Of a stretch of 64,000 nucleotides of DNA, positions 9,855-19,925 are shown in pieces. The position numbers were made by a program, and so were the translations under genes. The stretch is taken from assembly GCA_964490105.1 (NCBI GenBank), contig CAZAZU010000001.1:306361-370360 (forward strand). The letters are read 5' to 3'. Position 1 is the first letter of the stretch, and each line of letters opens with the position of its first letter. The DNA is from an uncultured Gammaproteobacteria bacterium (GTDB lineage: Bacteria > Patescibacteriota > Microgenomatia > Levybacterales > UBA12049). The notes under the pieces are model-generated. The model saw nothing but the letters and a program-made list of their open reading frames with translations, ran no database searches and had not been told where the DNA came from.

Positions 9855-12404
9855 TTATTTTTTATACACTGTAATCGTTAGTGGTGAGGCATCAAGACCC
9901 GCAATTGTATAATCTTTATCATTCAGAAATAGCATGCTTGTATCTTTTTTAAATTCTTTTATGACTTTGTAATTTTCTTTATTGAGTCGTCTGGTCAGAT
10001 CTTTTTTTGGAGAATTGTATTGAATTTCTCCCTCAACTTCATGATTCGTAATGACAATTACCTCAGGGAGCATCTTAGTGTTTGCGTCAACTATTTCATA
10101 CTTAAACTTGTTTTTGCTTCCAATACCATACTCTTTAAAATAAAATTCTTTTTGTAATTTATCTGGTATGTTTTGATAAATTGGTATATTTTCAAGTCCA
10201 ATTACCCAACCAGCTGGAATATTTTCTACTATCCAGTCGGAAGATTCTGACTGTAGGCTCTTAGTATATTTTGTTCCGATCCACGCTAGAGAAAAACAAA
10301 TCTGCGTTAGTATAATGGAAATTAAAATTAAATTTGACAGAATCTTAAATTTACTTTTCTTATCCCACAATCTCCATGCAATTGAAATTATTAATACAAA
10401 AAAAGGAAGGAGAACTAACGCCCTATTCCCACCTGCGTAAGCCTTAAGAGTTACTAAGCTTGATAGAAAAAGCATGAAAGAAAAAATAGTAAATATTTCC
10501 TGCTTATAATTCTTAAGTGATTTATTTAATCCGGATTTAAAAATTGAAGTAATTAAAAAAGCTAAAGACAAAATGAATAATGCTAATAATCCAGCTCCGA
10601 ATACCACTAAATAGTGTTTTAAGAAAACATAAATAATAAGATTTTCTCCACCTCTTATATTTTCAGAAGCTTTGGGGAATATAACCAGGTTTTCATATAA
10701 ATATCTGTAAATATTTCCAGTTCCGAATAATGTATCAGGAAAACCAAAAAGAATAGCGGTAAATAAAATCACAAAAAAACCAAACACCAGAAACCTTATG
10801 TTTTTTATTTTTTCTTTCTGAAACATTAGGTATGAGAGCAAATAAATTGGGATTAAAGACAGTACGCTGATCTTTACTGAAAGGGCCATTCCGACTGGAA
10901 TTCCTGCAATAATATAATTAATTCCTGTTGGGTTTTTCGAAAATTTGATGAAGAAGTAAATGCTCAGAAGTATAAAAAACATTAATGCGACATCGTACTT
11001 AAAGTATCCGCTTAACATTAGCCAGAGCGGATTAAAAGTGAATAATGTTATAGCAATTCTCTTTGGAATTTTTAGTAAATCAGATATTTTATAAACTAAA
11101 ATAATTGATAGGATTCCCCATATAACTGTGGTAAGTCTTAGCAGGATAAAAATATTCTGTCTTGCCATAAGATCATCTATCTTTAACTCAAAAGGATTAA
11201 CTATTCCTAAAAGTGTAAAAGGGATTAGGTAAAGACCGGATAATACAAAATGAAGCATAGTCCCATTTGCTGAACCCTCTATATTTGGCGTCCCGTATGC
11301 GTAGGTTGATCTTACAGCTTGAAGCTGATGCCACTCATCCATATGATATGGAAACGGATGGGAAATATTTGGAATTCCATAATTAACCGTTAGAAGCATT
11401 AAAAAAATGTATACTAACAAAACAAAAATCAAAAACTTACTTTTAATCAAAATGGAAACAAATTTTTTATAGCTAAACCTCTTGGCTATTCCAAGAGTAG
11501 TTCCTAATAAAACGGCTACGTCAGATGTAATTTGAAGTAGAGGAAGAATTAATAATGCCTTTTTATCATCTACGTATTTATAATTTTTCTTTACTACCCA
11601 GATAAAATATAAAACAATTGCTGCTGGAAAAATCAATAATCCGCTCCATGATCTTTCTAGAAAACACAAGAATAAAAAATAAAATCCGATAAAATATCTC
11701 AGGTAAATTAATGGAACCTGAGGCCTAATAAATAATGCTCTCCCATCTCCTTTTGCATAACCTAGAAATTGAAAAAATGCTTCTTTCAAATTATTTTTTT
11801 GCTCCCAATAAACAACTGCATTTTTTACAAAGATAAATTTGGAACCTTTTTCTTTTAATCTTTTAGCAAATACCAGATCCTCACATGTATCAAGCCACTC
11901 AGGGTATTTATTTTTATGCCAAACTTTTTTTCTGAAAGCGACCGAACGGGAAGAAGGTAAGAAGTCGTTTTCATTTACTTTGTCAGGCATTACGCAAGTA
12001 TATGCAGCCAAACATTTTTTAAATATATTTCCTGTAACTGGTTTATAAAATCCGGATACAGTGTCAATCTCCAAATCTTCAAACGGTTTAGAAATATTTT
12101 TAACCCAATTTTTATCGAGGCTGCAGCCAAAATCCGTTACAAGAATTATTTCATTTGAGGAATTCTTAATAGCAAAGTTACGGCCCACTGACCTGTTTCC
12201 TTTTTTTTGAAGAATTTTAATTTTCAACCTTTTTTTACTTCTTTTTACTATTTTTTCTTTTAATTTTTCTACAGTTTTATCTATACTTCCTCCATCTACT
12301 ATTATTAATTCATCGGGAAGAAGCGTTTGAGAAAATAATGATTTGAAAAATCTATCTACGTTATTTTCTTCATTTATGACGGTAGCTATAAGAGATAATC
12401 TCAT
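9855..12404 (-). CDS. Fusion of a GT2 glycosyltransferase to a large polytopic membrane domain (GT-C-like)
   Basis: The N-terminus has the GT2 motif LIATVINEENNV...LIIVDGGSIDKT, followed by about 600 aa of multi-TM domain. Confidence 0.6.
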   Translation of the reverse strand: MRLSLIATVINEENNVDRFFKSLFSQTLLPDELIIVDGGSIDKTVEKLKEKIVKRSKKRLKIKILQKKGNRSVGRNFAIKNSSNEIILVTDFGCSLDKNWVKNISKPFEDLEIDTVSGFYKPVTGNIFKKCLAAYTCVMPDKVNENDFLPSSRSVAFRKKVWHKNKYPEWLDTCEDLVFAKRLKEKGSKFIFVKNAVVYWEQKNNLKEAFFQFLGYAKGDGRALFIRPQVPLIYLRYFIGFYFLFLCFLERSWSGLLIFPAAIVLYFIWVVKKNYKYVDDKKALLILPLLQITSDVAVLLGTTLGIAKRFSYKKFVSILIKSKFLIFVLLVYIFLMLLTVNYGIPNISHPFPYHMDEWHQLQAVRSTYAYGTPNIEGSANGTMLHFVLSGLYLIPFTLLGIVNPFELKIDDLMARQNIFILLRLTTVIWGILSIILVYKISDLLKIPKRIAITLFTFNPLWLMLSGYFKYDVALMFFILLSIYFFIKFSKNPTGINYIIAGIPVGMALSVKISVLSLIPIYLLSYLMFQKEKIKNIRFLVFGFFVILFTAILFGFPDTLFGTGNIYRYLYENLVIFPKASENIRGGENLIIYVFLKHYLVVFGAGLLALFILSLAFLITSIFKSGLNKSLKNYKQEIFTIFSFMLFLSSLVTLKAYAGGNRALVLLPFFVLIISIAWRLWDKKSKFKILSNLILISIILTQICFSLAWIGTKYTKSLQSESSDWIVENIPAGWVIGLENIPIYQNIPDKLQKEFYFKEYGIGSKNKFKYEIVDANTKMLPEVIVITNHEVEGEIQYNSPKKDLTRRLNKENYKVIKEFKKDTSMLFLNDKDYTIAGLDASPLTITVYKK

Positions 12405-12445
12405 AATTTTTTATGATTATACCTGAATTAGTCGTCAAGGCAAGC

Positions 12446-12473
12446 TTGTTAAATAGCAATTTTTTGTTAGAAT
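12446..12473 (+). promoter_or_regulatory. Putative promoter TTGTTA-16-TAGAAT with the -10 ending 6 nt before the ATG of the nucleotide-sugar dehydrogenase (leaderless-type)
   Basis: TTGTTA is at 12446-12451 and TAGAAT at 12468-12473. The ATG is at 12480. Confidence 0.3.
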
Positions 12474-12479
12474 ATACGA

Positions 12480-13823
12480 ATGCAAAAGATAGTTACGGTA
12501 ATTGGAATTGGGAGAGTCGGACTACCTCTTGCATTATTAATCTCCAGCAAAGGCTATACCGTATACGGAATAGGAAGAAACGAGAGTAAGATTGATCTCT
12601 TAAAGAAAGGCATCATGCCATTCAAAGAAGAAGGCGGAAATTTACTTAAAAAAAATATTAATAAAACTTTTATACCAACCACTAACTACGAGTTCGCTAA
12701 AAAATCAAACATTATCATATTAACACTAGGAACCCCGATCGACGAGAACATGAATCCAGTTCTTAGTCAAATTGACAGCGCTATTAATAAATTAATTCCA
12801 TTCTTACAAAAAAAACAGTTAATAATTTTAAGAAGCACAGTTTCCCCCCAAACAACAGAATATGTAAAAGAAAAAATAGAAATGTCTACAAAATTAAAAG
12901 TGGGCCATGATATCTTCCTTTCTTATTGTCCCGAAAGAATTGCGCAAGGAAAAGCAATTACTGAAACTAAAAGTATTCCTCAAATAATTGGGGGCATTAA
13001 TGAAATTTCTTCCGAAAAATCAAAAATCTTTTTCGAATCAATTGGAATAAAGTGTATTTTAACCGATGACGTTAGCGCAGAACTTGCAAAGCTATTTACC
13101 AATATGTACAGATACATATCCTTTGCAATCTCAAACGAATTTATGGTTATTGCGGAAAATTACAACAAAAACATCCATGAAATAATAAATCTTATAAATA
13201 AGGATTATAAAAGAGGCGGGCTGGCATTACCCGGACTGACAGCAGGTCCATGCTTATTTAAAGATGGCTTTTTCTTGATCAATGATAACCCCTACTTAGA
13301 TCTAATTACAGCCTCCTGGAAAATCAATGAATCACTACCATTGTTTTTAATTAAGAAAATGAAAGAAAAAACACCCCTTAAAGGTAAAAGAGTTTTGATC
13401 CTGGGTGTTGCGTTCAAACCGCAAATTGATGACATCAGGGAATCATTAAGCTTTAAATTACGCAAAGCATTACTTAGAGAACACGCAGAAGTGATCCTGC
13501 ACGACCCCTTCGTAAAAAATTATCACTCTCAAGAAGTTCTAAAAAATCTGGATGATGCGCTAAAAAATGTCGATATGGTTTTCGTAGCTACGAGGCATAA
13601 TGTTTATTCTAGAGAAAAGAAAAAAATAATTTCTAAGCTTTCTAAGGAAACATATATTTGCGATGTTTGGAACGTATTTGATTTCAACAAATTAGTATTT
13701 AAGGCTGGAGAGATTAATTCTAAAAAAGTCAAAGGAAAACTTCTAAAAACATCAATAAATCATTCAAAAAGAAAAACAGCTGGAATCAGAGCTACGTCAA
13801 ATAACCTTACCAACATTAATTAA
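12480..13823 (+). CDS. Nucleotide-sugar 6-dehydrogenase (UDP-glucose/GDP-mannose dehydrogenase family)
   Basis: N-terminal NAD-binding motif VIGIGRVGLPLA and the catalytic Cys motif GPCLFKD (compare GGxCFPKD). Confidence 0.7.
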   Translation: MQKIVTVIGIGRVGLPLALLISSKGYTVYGIGRNESKIDLLKKGIMPFKEEGGNLLKKNINKTFIPTTNYEFAKKSNIIILTLGTPIDENMNPVLSQIDSAINKLIPFLQKKQLIILRSTVSPQTTEYVKEKIEMSTKLKVGHDIFLSYCPERIAQGKAITETKSIPQIIGGINEISSEKSKIFFESIGIKCILTDDVSAELAKLFTNMYRYISFAISNEFMVIAENYNKNIHEIINLINKDYKRGGLALPGLTAGPCLFKDGFFLINDNPYLDLITASWKINESLPLFLIKKMKEKTPLKGKRVLILGVAFKPQIDDIRESLSFKLRKALLREHAEVILHDPFVKNYHSQEVLKNLDDALKNVDMVFVATRHNVYSREKKKIISKLSKETYICDVWNVFDFNKLVFKAGEINSKKVKGKLLKTSINHSKRKTAGIRATSNNLTNIN

Positions 13824-14773
13824 CTTGGGTTTGCTATATACCACTGCGCAGTCTTCTTAACTCCGTCCCTAAGACTTACCCTAGGCCTGAAACCTAATTT
13901 AGTAATCTTAGCTACATCAGGACACCTTCTTTGAGGGCTCCCGGGATTAATTTTTCCGGGTACCAATTCAACCTCATATTCCATTGCCCTACTGCACAGC
14001 TTAACTAAATCCTTAATAAGAACTTCATCCTGTCTTCCTATGTTGTACGTTTGAAGTGTTTTTGCATTACTTAGAAGAAGCATGAATGCGTCAGTAAAAT
14101 CGTCAATATATATAAATGAACGAGACTGATCTCCATTTCCCTGGATCTTAAATTCAGTTTTATTATGTTTTTTTAATTTATTAATTCCTAAAATAAATTG
14201 AGGAATAACATGCTCAAATCCCATTGCGGGGCCGTAAACATTATGCGGACGGAAAATCACCATTTTTTTAAATTTATTACCATTATTAATTGCCAATAAC
14301 TCCCCTATTATCTTACCTCCAGAATAAGAATAACGGGGATTATAAGGGTCAGGAACAATTAAGGGCGTACTTTCAGGCGTGGGTATTAATGAAGGCTCAT
14401 TATAGACCTCAGAGCTTGATGCAAAGAAGAATTCCTGTACGTTATTCTTGATAGAAGCGTCAAGAATATTTACCATTCCCTTAACTGCAACGTCTAGTAC
14501 GAGATCGGGTTTTTCGTAAAAAGTCTGGGTTCCATTTATATACGCCAGATGAATTACTGTACTAATCCCCTGGCATGCATCATCAACTATTTTTATATCT
14601 CGAATATCCCCCTTTATGAATTCAATTTTTTCGGAAAGCTTACCGAATTTATCAAATGATCCTCTTGACTCATTATCTAGTACTCTAACTGATTCACCTT
14701 TTTTCAAAAGAGAAAGAACTATAGATCTTCCAATAAATCCGCTCCCCCCAGTAACTAGATAGTTTTTTTTCAT
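13820..14773 (-). CDS. NAD-dependent epimerase/dehydratase, UDP-glucuronate decarboxylase (UXS)-like
   Basis: VTGGSGFIGRSIV, SSSEVY (compare TSEVYG in UXS) and YSGGK (YxxxK). It is divergent from, and adjacent to, the nucleotide-sugar dehydrogenase. Confidence 0.55.
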   Translation of the reverse strand: MKKNYLVTGGSGFIGRSIVLSLLKKGESVRVLDNESRGSFDKFGKLSEKIEFIKGDIRDIKIVDDACQGISTVIHLAYINGTQTFYEKPDLVLDVAVKGMVNILDASIKNNVQEFFFASSSEVYNEPSLIPTPESTPLIVPDPYNPRYSYSGGKIIGELLAINNGNKFKKMVIFRPHNVYGPAMGFEHVIPQFILGINKLKKHNKTEFKIQGNGDQSRSFIYIDDFTDAFMLLLSNAKTLQTYNIGRQDEVLIKDLVKLCSRAMEYEVELVPGKINPGSPQRRCPDVAKITKLGFRPRVSLRDGVKKTAQWYIANPS

Positions 14774-14829
14774 TTATAGTTTGCATTATACCGCACTTAT
14801 CTAACAGATAATTTGCGAATGTTTTTTTT

Positions 14830-15705
14830 ATGATTATAATAAGCATGATGAAAAAAAGGAAGACAATTATTTTTGGGGGAAGCGGTTTTCTGGGAACATA
14901 TCTATACAAAAATAGTCTATCTGATCATTTCCTTGCTCCAATACATAAAGAGGTTGACCTCTTGGATCAAGAAAAAGTCTTGAAATTCATTGATAAAAAC
15001 GAACCTTCGCAAATCATATATTTAGCCGGCGTTACAAAAATTGAAATAGCAGAATCTAATAAAGATCTAGCTGACATGCTAAATCACAAAATACCAAAAA
15101 TAATTGCGAAATACGCTTCTAAAAACGGGGTTCCTGTCTTATACACCTCAACTGATGCTGTTTTTGATGGATACAAATCTAAATTTCTATTTAGTGAAAC
15201 AGATAAACCATTACCAAAAAGTGATTACGGAAAAAGTAAATACTTGGGAGAAACTGCAATCATGAATTCCTCAAATAAAAACTGCGTCCTTCGGCTGATT
15301 ACACTCTTTGGAGAAAATAGAAAAAATTTTGCCACTATTCTTATCGACAGGTTAAAAAACAACTTAGAATTTGCGGGTATGATTGACCAAACTCAAAACC
15401 CCTTACTTGTAAACATAGCTGCGAAAGGAATAAATTTCAGCATTAATAATGAGATTAAAGGAATCTACCACATGGGTTCTCTTGATTATTTAACGAATTA
15501 TGATTTACTGATAAAAATTGCTAAAAAAAATAACCTAGAGACAGATTTAATAAAAAAAATAACATTTAAGGATTTTTACGGCGACAAAGCAAACTACAGA
15601 AAAAGGAATAGCGTTTTGATAGCTGAAAAATTTAATGAAATTTCAAACAGGGAAATTCTAAAAAACACAGATGAATCCATAGAAATATTTACTAAATCTA
15701 AGTGA
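14830..15705 (+). CDS. dTDP-4-dehydrorhamnose reductase-like (RmlD substrate-binding family), second paralog
   Basis: IIFGGSGFLG at the N-terminus, STDAVFDG and YGKSKYLGE (RmlD has STDYVFDG and YGKTKLAGE). Confidence 0.55.
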   Translation: MIIISMMKKRKTIIFGGSGFLGTYLYKNSLSDHFLAPIHKEVDLLDQEKVLKFIDKNEPSQIIYLAGVTKIEIAESNKDLADMLNHKIPKIIAKYASKNGVPVLYTSTDAVFDGYKSKFLFSETDKPLPKSDYGKSKYLGETAIMNSSNKNCVLRLITLFGENRKNFATILIDRLKNNLEFAGMIDQTQNPLLVNIAAKGINFSINNEIKGIYHMGSLDYLTNYDLLIKIAKKNNLETDLIKKITFKDFYGDKANYRKRNSVLIAEKFNEISNREILKNTDESIEIFTKSK

Positions 15706-16963
15706 TTATTCTTGGCTTAGGTAATGGTTTTATGAATTTACCCTTAAAGCCTTTTTTTCTAAGATTTGAAATTAACTCATTTGATATGTGCCATGATAAT
15801 AGAAGCGCATAATCCGGCTGGTCTTTAAAAAGTCTTTCCTCATCAACGATCGGAATCAGAGTACCTGGAACATAATGGTTTATTTTATGTGACCCTTTTA
15901 TCTCAACAATTTTTTCAATTATTCCATCCTGAAGACCCAAATAATTAATGAGAGTTGTACCTCTTGATGGGGCACTTATCCCGTAAATTCTCCGTTTTTC
16001 ATTTTTTATACTACTTATAATTTTATACAGCTCTATTTTTGAACTAATTACATCGTTTTTAAATTTCTTAAATGAAGCTTGAGTGGTTACGGTTTCTTTT
16101 TCTTTTCTTAACTGTCTGGAAACCGATGCTTGTATCTTATGATTTCCTTTTAAAGAGGCATATACTCGAATTGACCCTCCATGAGAAGGTATTTCCTTAG
16201 CATGGAATATTTCGAGTCCGTGCATTTGTAATAAATTTCTTAAACTATGCAATGAATAATATCTTAAATGTTCGTGATAAATAGTGTCGTACTGTACTCC
16301 TTTTATTAACGAATATAAATAATGGGATTCACTTATGAATACTCCATCCTGCGTAAGAAGACTTTTAATATTATTAATAACCTCATGGGGCCTTTCGATA
16401 TGAGCAAAAACGTTTGCAGCTGTGACCAGTTTTGCTTTTCCATACTTCTTTATAATTTTATTAACGCTTTCTTTATTAAAATATTCTAAAATAGTAGGAA
16501 TTCCGTTTTTTATGGCAATCTTTCCGATATCTTCTGGCGTCACGCCAACTACCCGATGATTATCTTTAAAATTATTGAGAAGAGTTCCATCATTTGATCC
16601 AACGTCTACCACCAAATCATCCATTTCAATAATTTTTAATCGTGAGACTTCATTATATAGATCAAAAAAATTGTCCCGCAAAACCTTAGTTGTTCCGCTT
16701 GTATACGGGTAACTTTTAGGAAATAAAATTGTAGAATCAACTACTAACCCGATCTGAACCAGATGGCAGTTACTACAATACAATAGCTCTGCGGGATAAC
16801 TAGGCTGTTCAACAGGCGTAGCGCCAACTAAGGGCATCGAATTTACAGGCGGCATGTATCCCAGGAAAATTATAGATTTTAAATTTTTACTATGGCAAGT
16901 TTGACACGTCGTAACTGCAACACTTGAATTAGTTTTAAATGCTCTTGGAAGAACATCCTTCAT
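15698..16963 (-). CDS. NDP-hexose C-methyltransferase family protein, paralog 2
   Basis: Zinc ribbon CQTCHS...CSNCHLVQ, plus VVDVGSNDGTLL, DGVFISE and YHEHLRYYS. It is clearly homologous to the 6092-7342 gene. Confidence 0.7.
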   Translation of the reverse strand: MKDVLPRAFKTNSSVAVTTCQTCHSKNLKSIIFLGYMPPVNSMPLVGATPVEQPSYPAELLYCSNCHLVQIGLVVDSTILFPKSYPYTSGTTKVLRDNFFDLYNEVSRLKIIEMDDLVVDVGSNDGTLLNNFKDNHRVVGVTPEDIGKIAIKNGIPTILEYFNKESVNKIIKKYGKAKLVTAANVFAHIERPHEVINNIKSLLTQDGVFISESHYLYSLIKGVQYDTIYHEHLRYYSLHSLRNLLQMHGLEIFHAKEIPSHGGSIRVYASLKGNHKIQASVSRQLRKEKETVTTQASFKKFKNDVISSKIELYKIISSIKNEKRRIYGISAPSRGTTLINYLGLQDGIIEKIVEIKGSHKINHYVPGTLIPIVDEERLFKDQPDYALLLSWHISNELISNLRKKGFKGKFIKPLPKPRIIT

Positions 16964-17052
16964 AACAAGTATTTATACATCATTAACTTTTTTTTGTCTA
17001 CAATTTATTGCTATGACGATCTAATTCTTTTTGCTACAATACTTCCTATTAA

Positions 17053-17919
17053 ATGAAACGCGTAGAAATACAAAGCTGTGTAATTTGTAAAAAAAAACAA
17101 TATTTAATTTTTAAATATCAAAGTTTCGAATTTTATAAGTGTAGTAATTGCCAATTAGTATCTACCTACCCTTTTCCTTCTGATCTTCAAATTAAAAAAC
17201 ATTATCAAGATGGATTTAGTAAAAGAAATTATAAAATTAAAAGAGAATATGCCATACAATATATTGAGGTTTATAAGCAAATTGCGAATATATTAGACAA
17301 AGAACTAGATGGAAAATTAAAATCTAAAAAAGTTTTAGATGTAGGCTGCTTCACCGGTGAATTTCTGGAAATATTAAATAAAAGAGGAGCGGATGTTCGA
17401 GGAATTGAACTCCAGGAAGAAGCTGTAAAAATAGCCAATCGTAAACTTCCAGGAAAAATCATCCAAGCTGATTTAAATAATTATAAAATTAAAAAAGAAA
17501 AATTTGACGTTATTACACTTTTAGGCATTATCGAACACATTAAGGATCCACTATCCTTACTCAAACAATGCCACGATCTGCTTAATAAAGATGGGATTAT
17601 ATTAATTCAAACTCCTAATAGCTCATCCTTAATAGCTAAAACATTTAGACAGTTTTGGCCTCCATATTCTCCAGTGGAACACATTCATTTATTTGGCAGG
17701 AAGAGCATGCTTAAAGCATTTGAACTTTCCGGATTTAATGAAACCAGCTTCAAAAATCATTGGAAAAAACTACCAGTTGGATATGTTTATCAAATGCTTG
17801 AAGTTTTTGGTCCGGAATTTAAGAAAGCTTTAAATCCTGTAGCCAAAGTGATAAATAAATCAAAGATTTCTCTACCTTTCTATGTAGGTGAGATGATTAT
17901 CATTGGACGTAAAAAATAA
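17053..17919 (+). CDS. Class I SAM-dependent methyltransferase with an N-terminal zinc ribbon
   Basis: CVICKK...CSNCQLV ribbon, motif I VLDVGCFTGEF and DVITLLGIIEHI. It lacks the C-MT C-terminal domain. Confidence 0.6.
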   Translation: MKRVEIQSCVICKKKQYLIFKYQSFEFYKCSNCQLVSTYPFPSDLQIKKHYQDGFSKRNYKIKREYAIQYIEVYKQIANILDKELDGKLKSKKVLDVGCFTGEFLEILNKRGADVRGIELQEEAVKIANRKLPGKIIQADLNNYKIKKEKFDVITLLGIIEHIKDPLSLLKQCHDLLNKDGIILIQTPNSSSLIAKTFRQFWPPYSPVEHIHLFGRKSMLKAFELSGFNETSFKNHWKKLPVGYVYQMLEVFGPEFKKALNPVAKVINKSKISLPFYVGEMIIIGRKK

Positions 17920-17953
17920 ATTTCCAAATATGTCCATTTAATACATATTTATT

Positions 17954-19192
17954 ATGAAAAAAACAATTAACGTTATTAAAAGAAAAAATTGCAGAATCTG
18001 TAATAGTAAAAATTTATTCCAGATTCTTGATTTAGGAGTTTCTCCTCTTGCCGATTTATTTATTAAAAATCCCAGGATAAAAGAAAAAAAATTTCCACTC
18101 GTTGTATCTGTCTGTAAATCCTGTTTTTTAGTTCAGCTAATGCACGATGTTGATGATACCCTTTTATTCGGAAATAATTATGCATTTCATACAGGGGGAT
18201 CACCCTCATCTATTCCTTATTTTGAAAAATATGCAAATGATGTACTGGAAAAATATCCAAAGGAAGCAAAATCATTTACACTAGAAATCGCCAGCAATGA
18301 CGGAACTCTCCTTGAACATTTTCAAAAAGCTGGCTGCCGGATTTTAGGAGTTGATCCGGCTAAAAACGTAGTCGATATTGCGAATAATAGAAATATTGAA
18401 ACACTACCTTATTTTTTTAATAGTAATATAGCTAAGAAACTTTCTGAAGAAAAAGGCAAAGCCGGAATAATTATTGCAAATAATGTCATCGCCCATGTGA
18501 GTGACCCAAAAGATTTTATTAATGGAATCAAGCAAATGCTTTCAAAAAATGGTGTTGCCATAATCGAATGTCAGTATTTTCCATTCCTATTATTCAACAA
18601 TCAATTTGATAACGTTTACCATGAACATCGATCATTCTTTTCCCTGTCTCCATTGAATAAATTAATAAAAAAAGCGGGGTTAAAAATTATTGACGTTGAA
18701 GAACACGACACACAAGGAGGATCCATCAGATTTTTCTTAACTCATTCCAACAGCAAAAGAAAAGTAAAAAAAAGCGTAGCTGAAGTGTTAAAAAATGAAA
18801 AAGAAATTGGATTATTTAAAATAGAAACCTATGTGGGCATGGAGAGCAGAGTAAATTATACTAGAAATAAGCTTATTAGTATTCTAAAAGATTTAAAAAA
18901 AGATGGTTACTCAATTGCAGGATATGGAGCATCAGCTAAATCCACGACGCTTTTAAACTACTGCGGAATAGATTCAAGTTATTTAGATTACATATTCGAC
19001 AAGACTCCATATAAATTTGGTCTTTTTACACCAGGAACACATATACCCGTTGTTGGAGTGGAAGAAAAAAGACCGGATTTTTATCTGTTGTTAGTCTGGA
19101 ATTATACTTATGGTATTTTACAAAGGGAGCAAAAATTTAGAAAAAATGGAGGGAAATTTATATTAGCAATCCCAACTCCTAGAATTGTTTAG
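17954..19192 (+). CDS. NDP-hexose C-methyltransferase family protein, paralog 3
   Basis: Zinc ribbon CRICNS...CKSCFLVQL, plus LEIASNDGTLL and VYHEHRSF. Confidence 0.7.
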   Translation: MKKTINVIKRKNCRICNSKNLFQILDLGVSPLADLFIKNPRIKEKKFPLVVSVCKSCFLVQLMHDVDDTLLFGNNYAFHTGGSPSSIPYFEKYANDVLEKYPKEAKSFTLEIASNDGTLLEHFQKAGCRILGVDPAKNVVDIANNRNIETLPYFFNSNIAKKLSEEKGKAGIIIANNVIAHVSDPKDFINGIKQMLSKNGVAIIECQYFPFLLFNNQFDNVYHEHRSFFSLSPLNKLIKKAGLKIIDVEEHDTQGGSIRFFLTHSNSKRKVKKSVAEVLKNEKEIGLFKIETYVGMESRVNYTRNKLISILKDLKKDGYSIAGYGASAKSTTLLNYCGIDSSYLDYIFDKTPYKFGLFTPGTHIPVVGVEEKRPDFYLLLVWNYTYGILQREQKFRKNGGKFILAIPTPRIV

Positions 19193-19925
19193 ATAATTTT
19201 ACTAAATATTCTTCTTCTATTTTCATTCTTATTATAAAGATAAGAGAAACCATAAGCTCATGAATTCCCATCGTAGACTTACCATACTTTCTTGTGGTAA
19301 TTGTTACCGGTACTTCTCCAAACCTAAAACCCTTTCTGTTTAACTTATATGTTATTTCAGATAATGTGATGAATCCTGAAGATTTCATTTCTATACTGGA
19401 AAGATATTCAACCGCTTTCCTATCATAGAGCCTATAACCGGAAGTATAATCAGATAGTTTTATATCTAGCATTACATGAAGAAATTTATTAATTAATTTA
19501 CTTAATATTTTTCTTTTCGCTGATACCCTAACAGTTTTTCCGCCTTTGATGTATCTTGATCCTATCACCATTCCTAATTTATCTTTTTGAATTTTGTCTA
19601 AAAATCTTTTTAGGTGAGTTGTGTCATGGGAAAAATCAGCATCTATTTCATAGAAATATTTTGCATTTTTATACTTGAGTCCGTACTTAAAACCCTCTAA
19701 TACAGCACTTCCCCTTCCAAGCTTCCTACCCCGTGTTAAAAGGTCAATATTTTTAAATCTTTTTATTGCTTGCTTGGTTTTAAAACTTTCTCCTTTGTTG
19801 GAATCATCAACTATTATAATCCTAGAATTTGGAAACTCTTTCCTTATTCCTTTTATAACCATCGGAATATTTTTTGATTCATTATATGCAGGAATAATTA
19901 AATTAATGCTTGCTAGCTTTACCAT
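19179..19925 (-). CDS. GT2 polyprenyl-phosphate glycosyltransferase (DPM1/GtrB/ArnC-like)
   Basis: LIIPAYNESKNI...IIVDDSNKGES is the typical N-terminal GT2 DxD region. About 250 aa. Confidence 0.6.
   Translation of the reverse strand: MVKLASINLIIPAYNESKNIPMVIKGIRKEFPNSRIIIVDDSNKGESFKTKQAIKRFKNIDLLTRGRKLGRGSAVLEGFKYGLKYKNAKYFYEIDADFSHDTTHLKRFLDKIQKDKLGMVIGSRYIKGGKTVRVSAKRKILSKLINKFLHVMLDIKLSDYTSGYRLYDRKAVEYLSSIEMKSSGFITLSEITYKLNRKGFRFGEVPVTITTRKYGKSTMGIHELMVSLIFIIRMKIEEEYLVKLSKQF

Noticed and set aside
14694-14909. 71-aa minus-strand ORF spanning the divergent promoter region between 13820-14773 and 14830-15705.
   Set aside because: It overlaps the 5-prime ends of both flanking genes, is AT-rich and low-complexity, and is most likely spurious.
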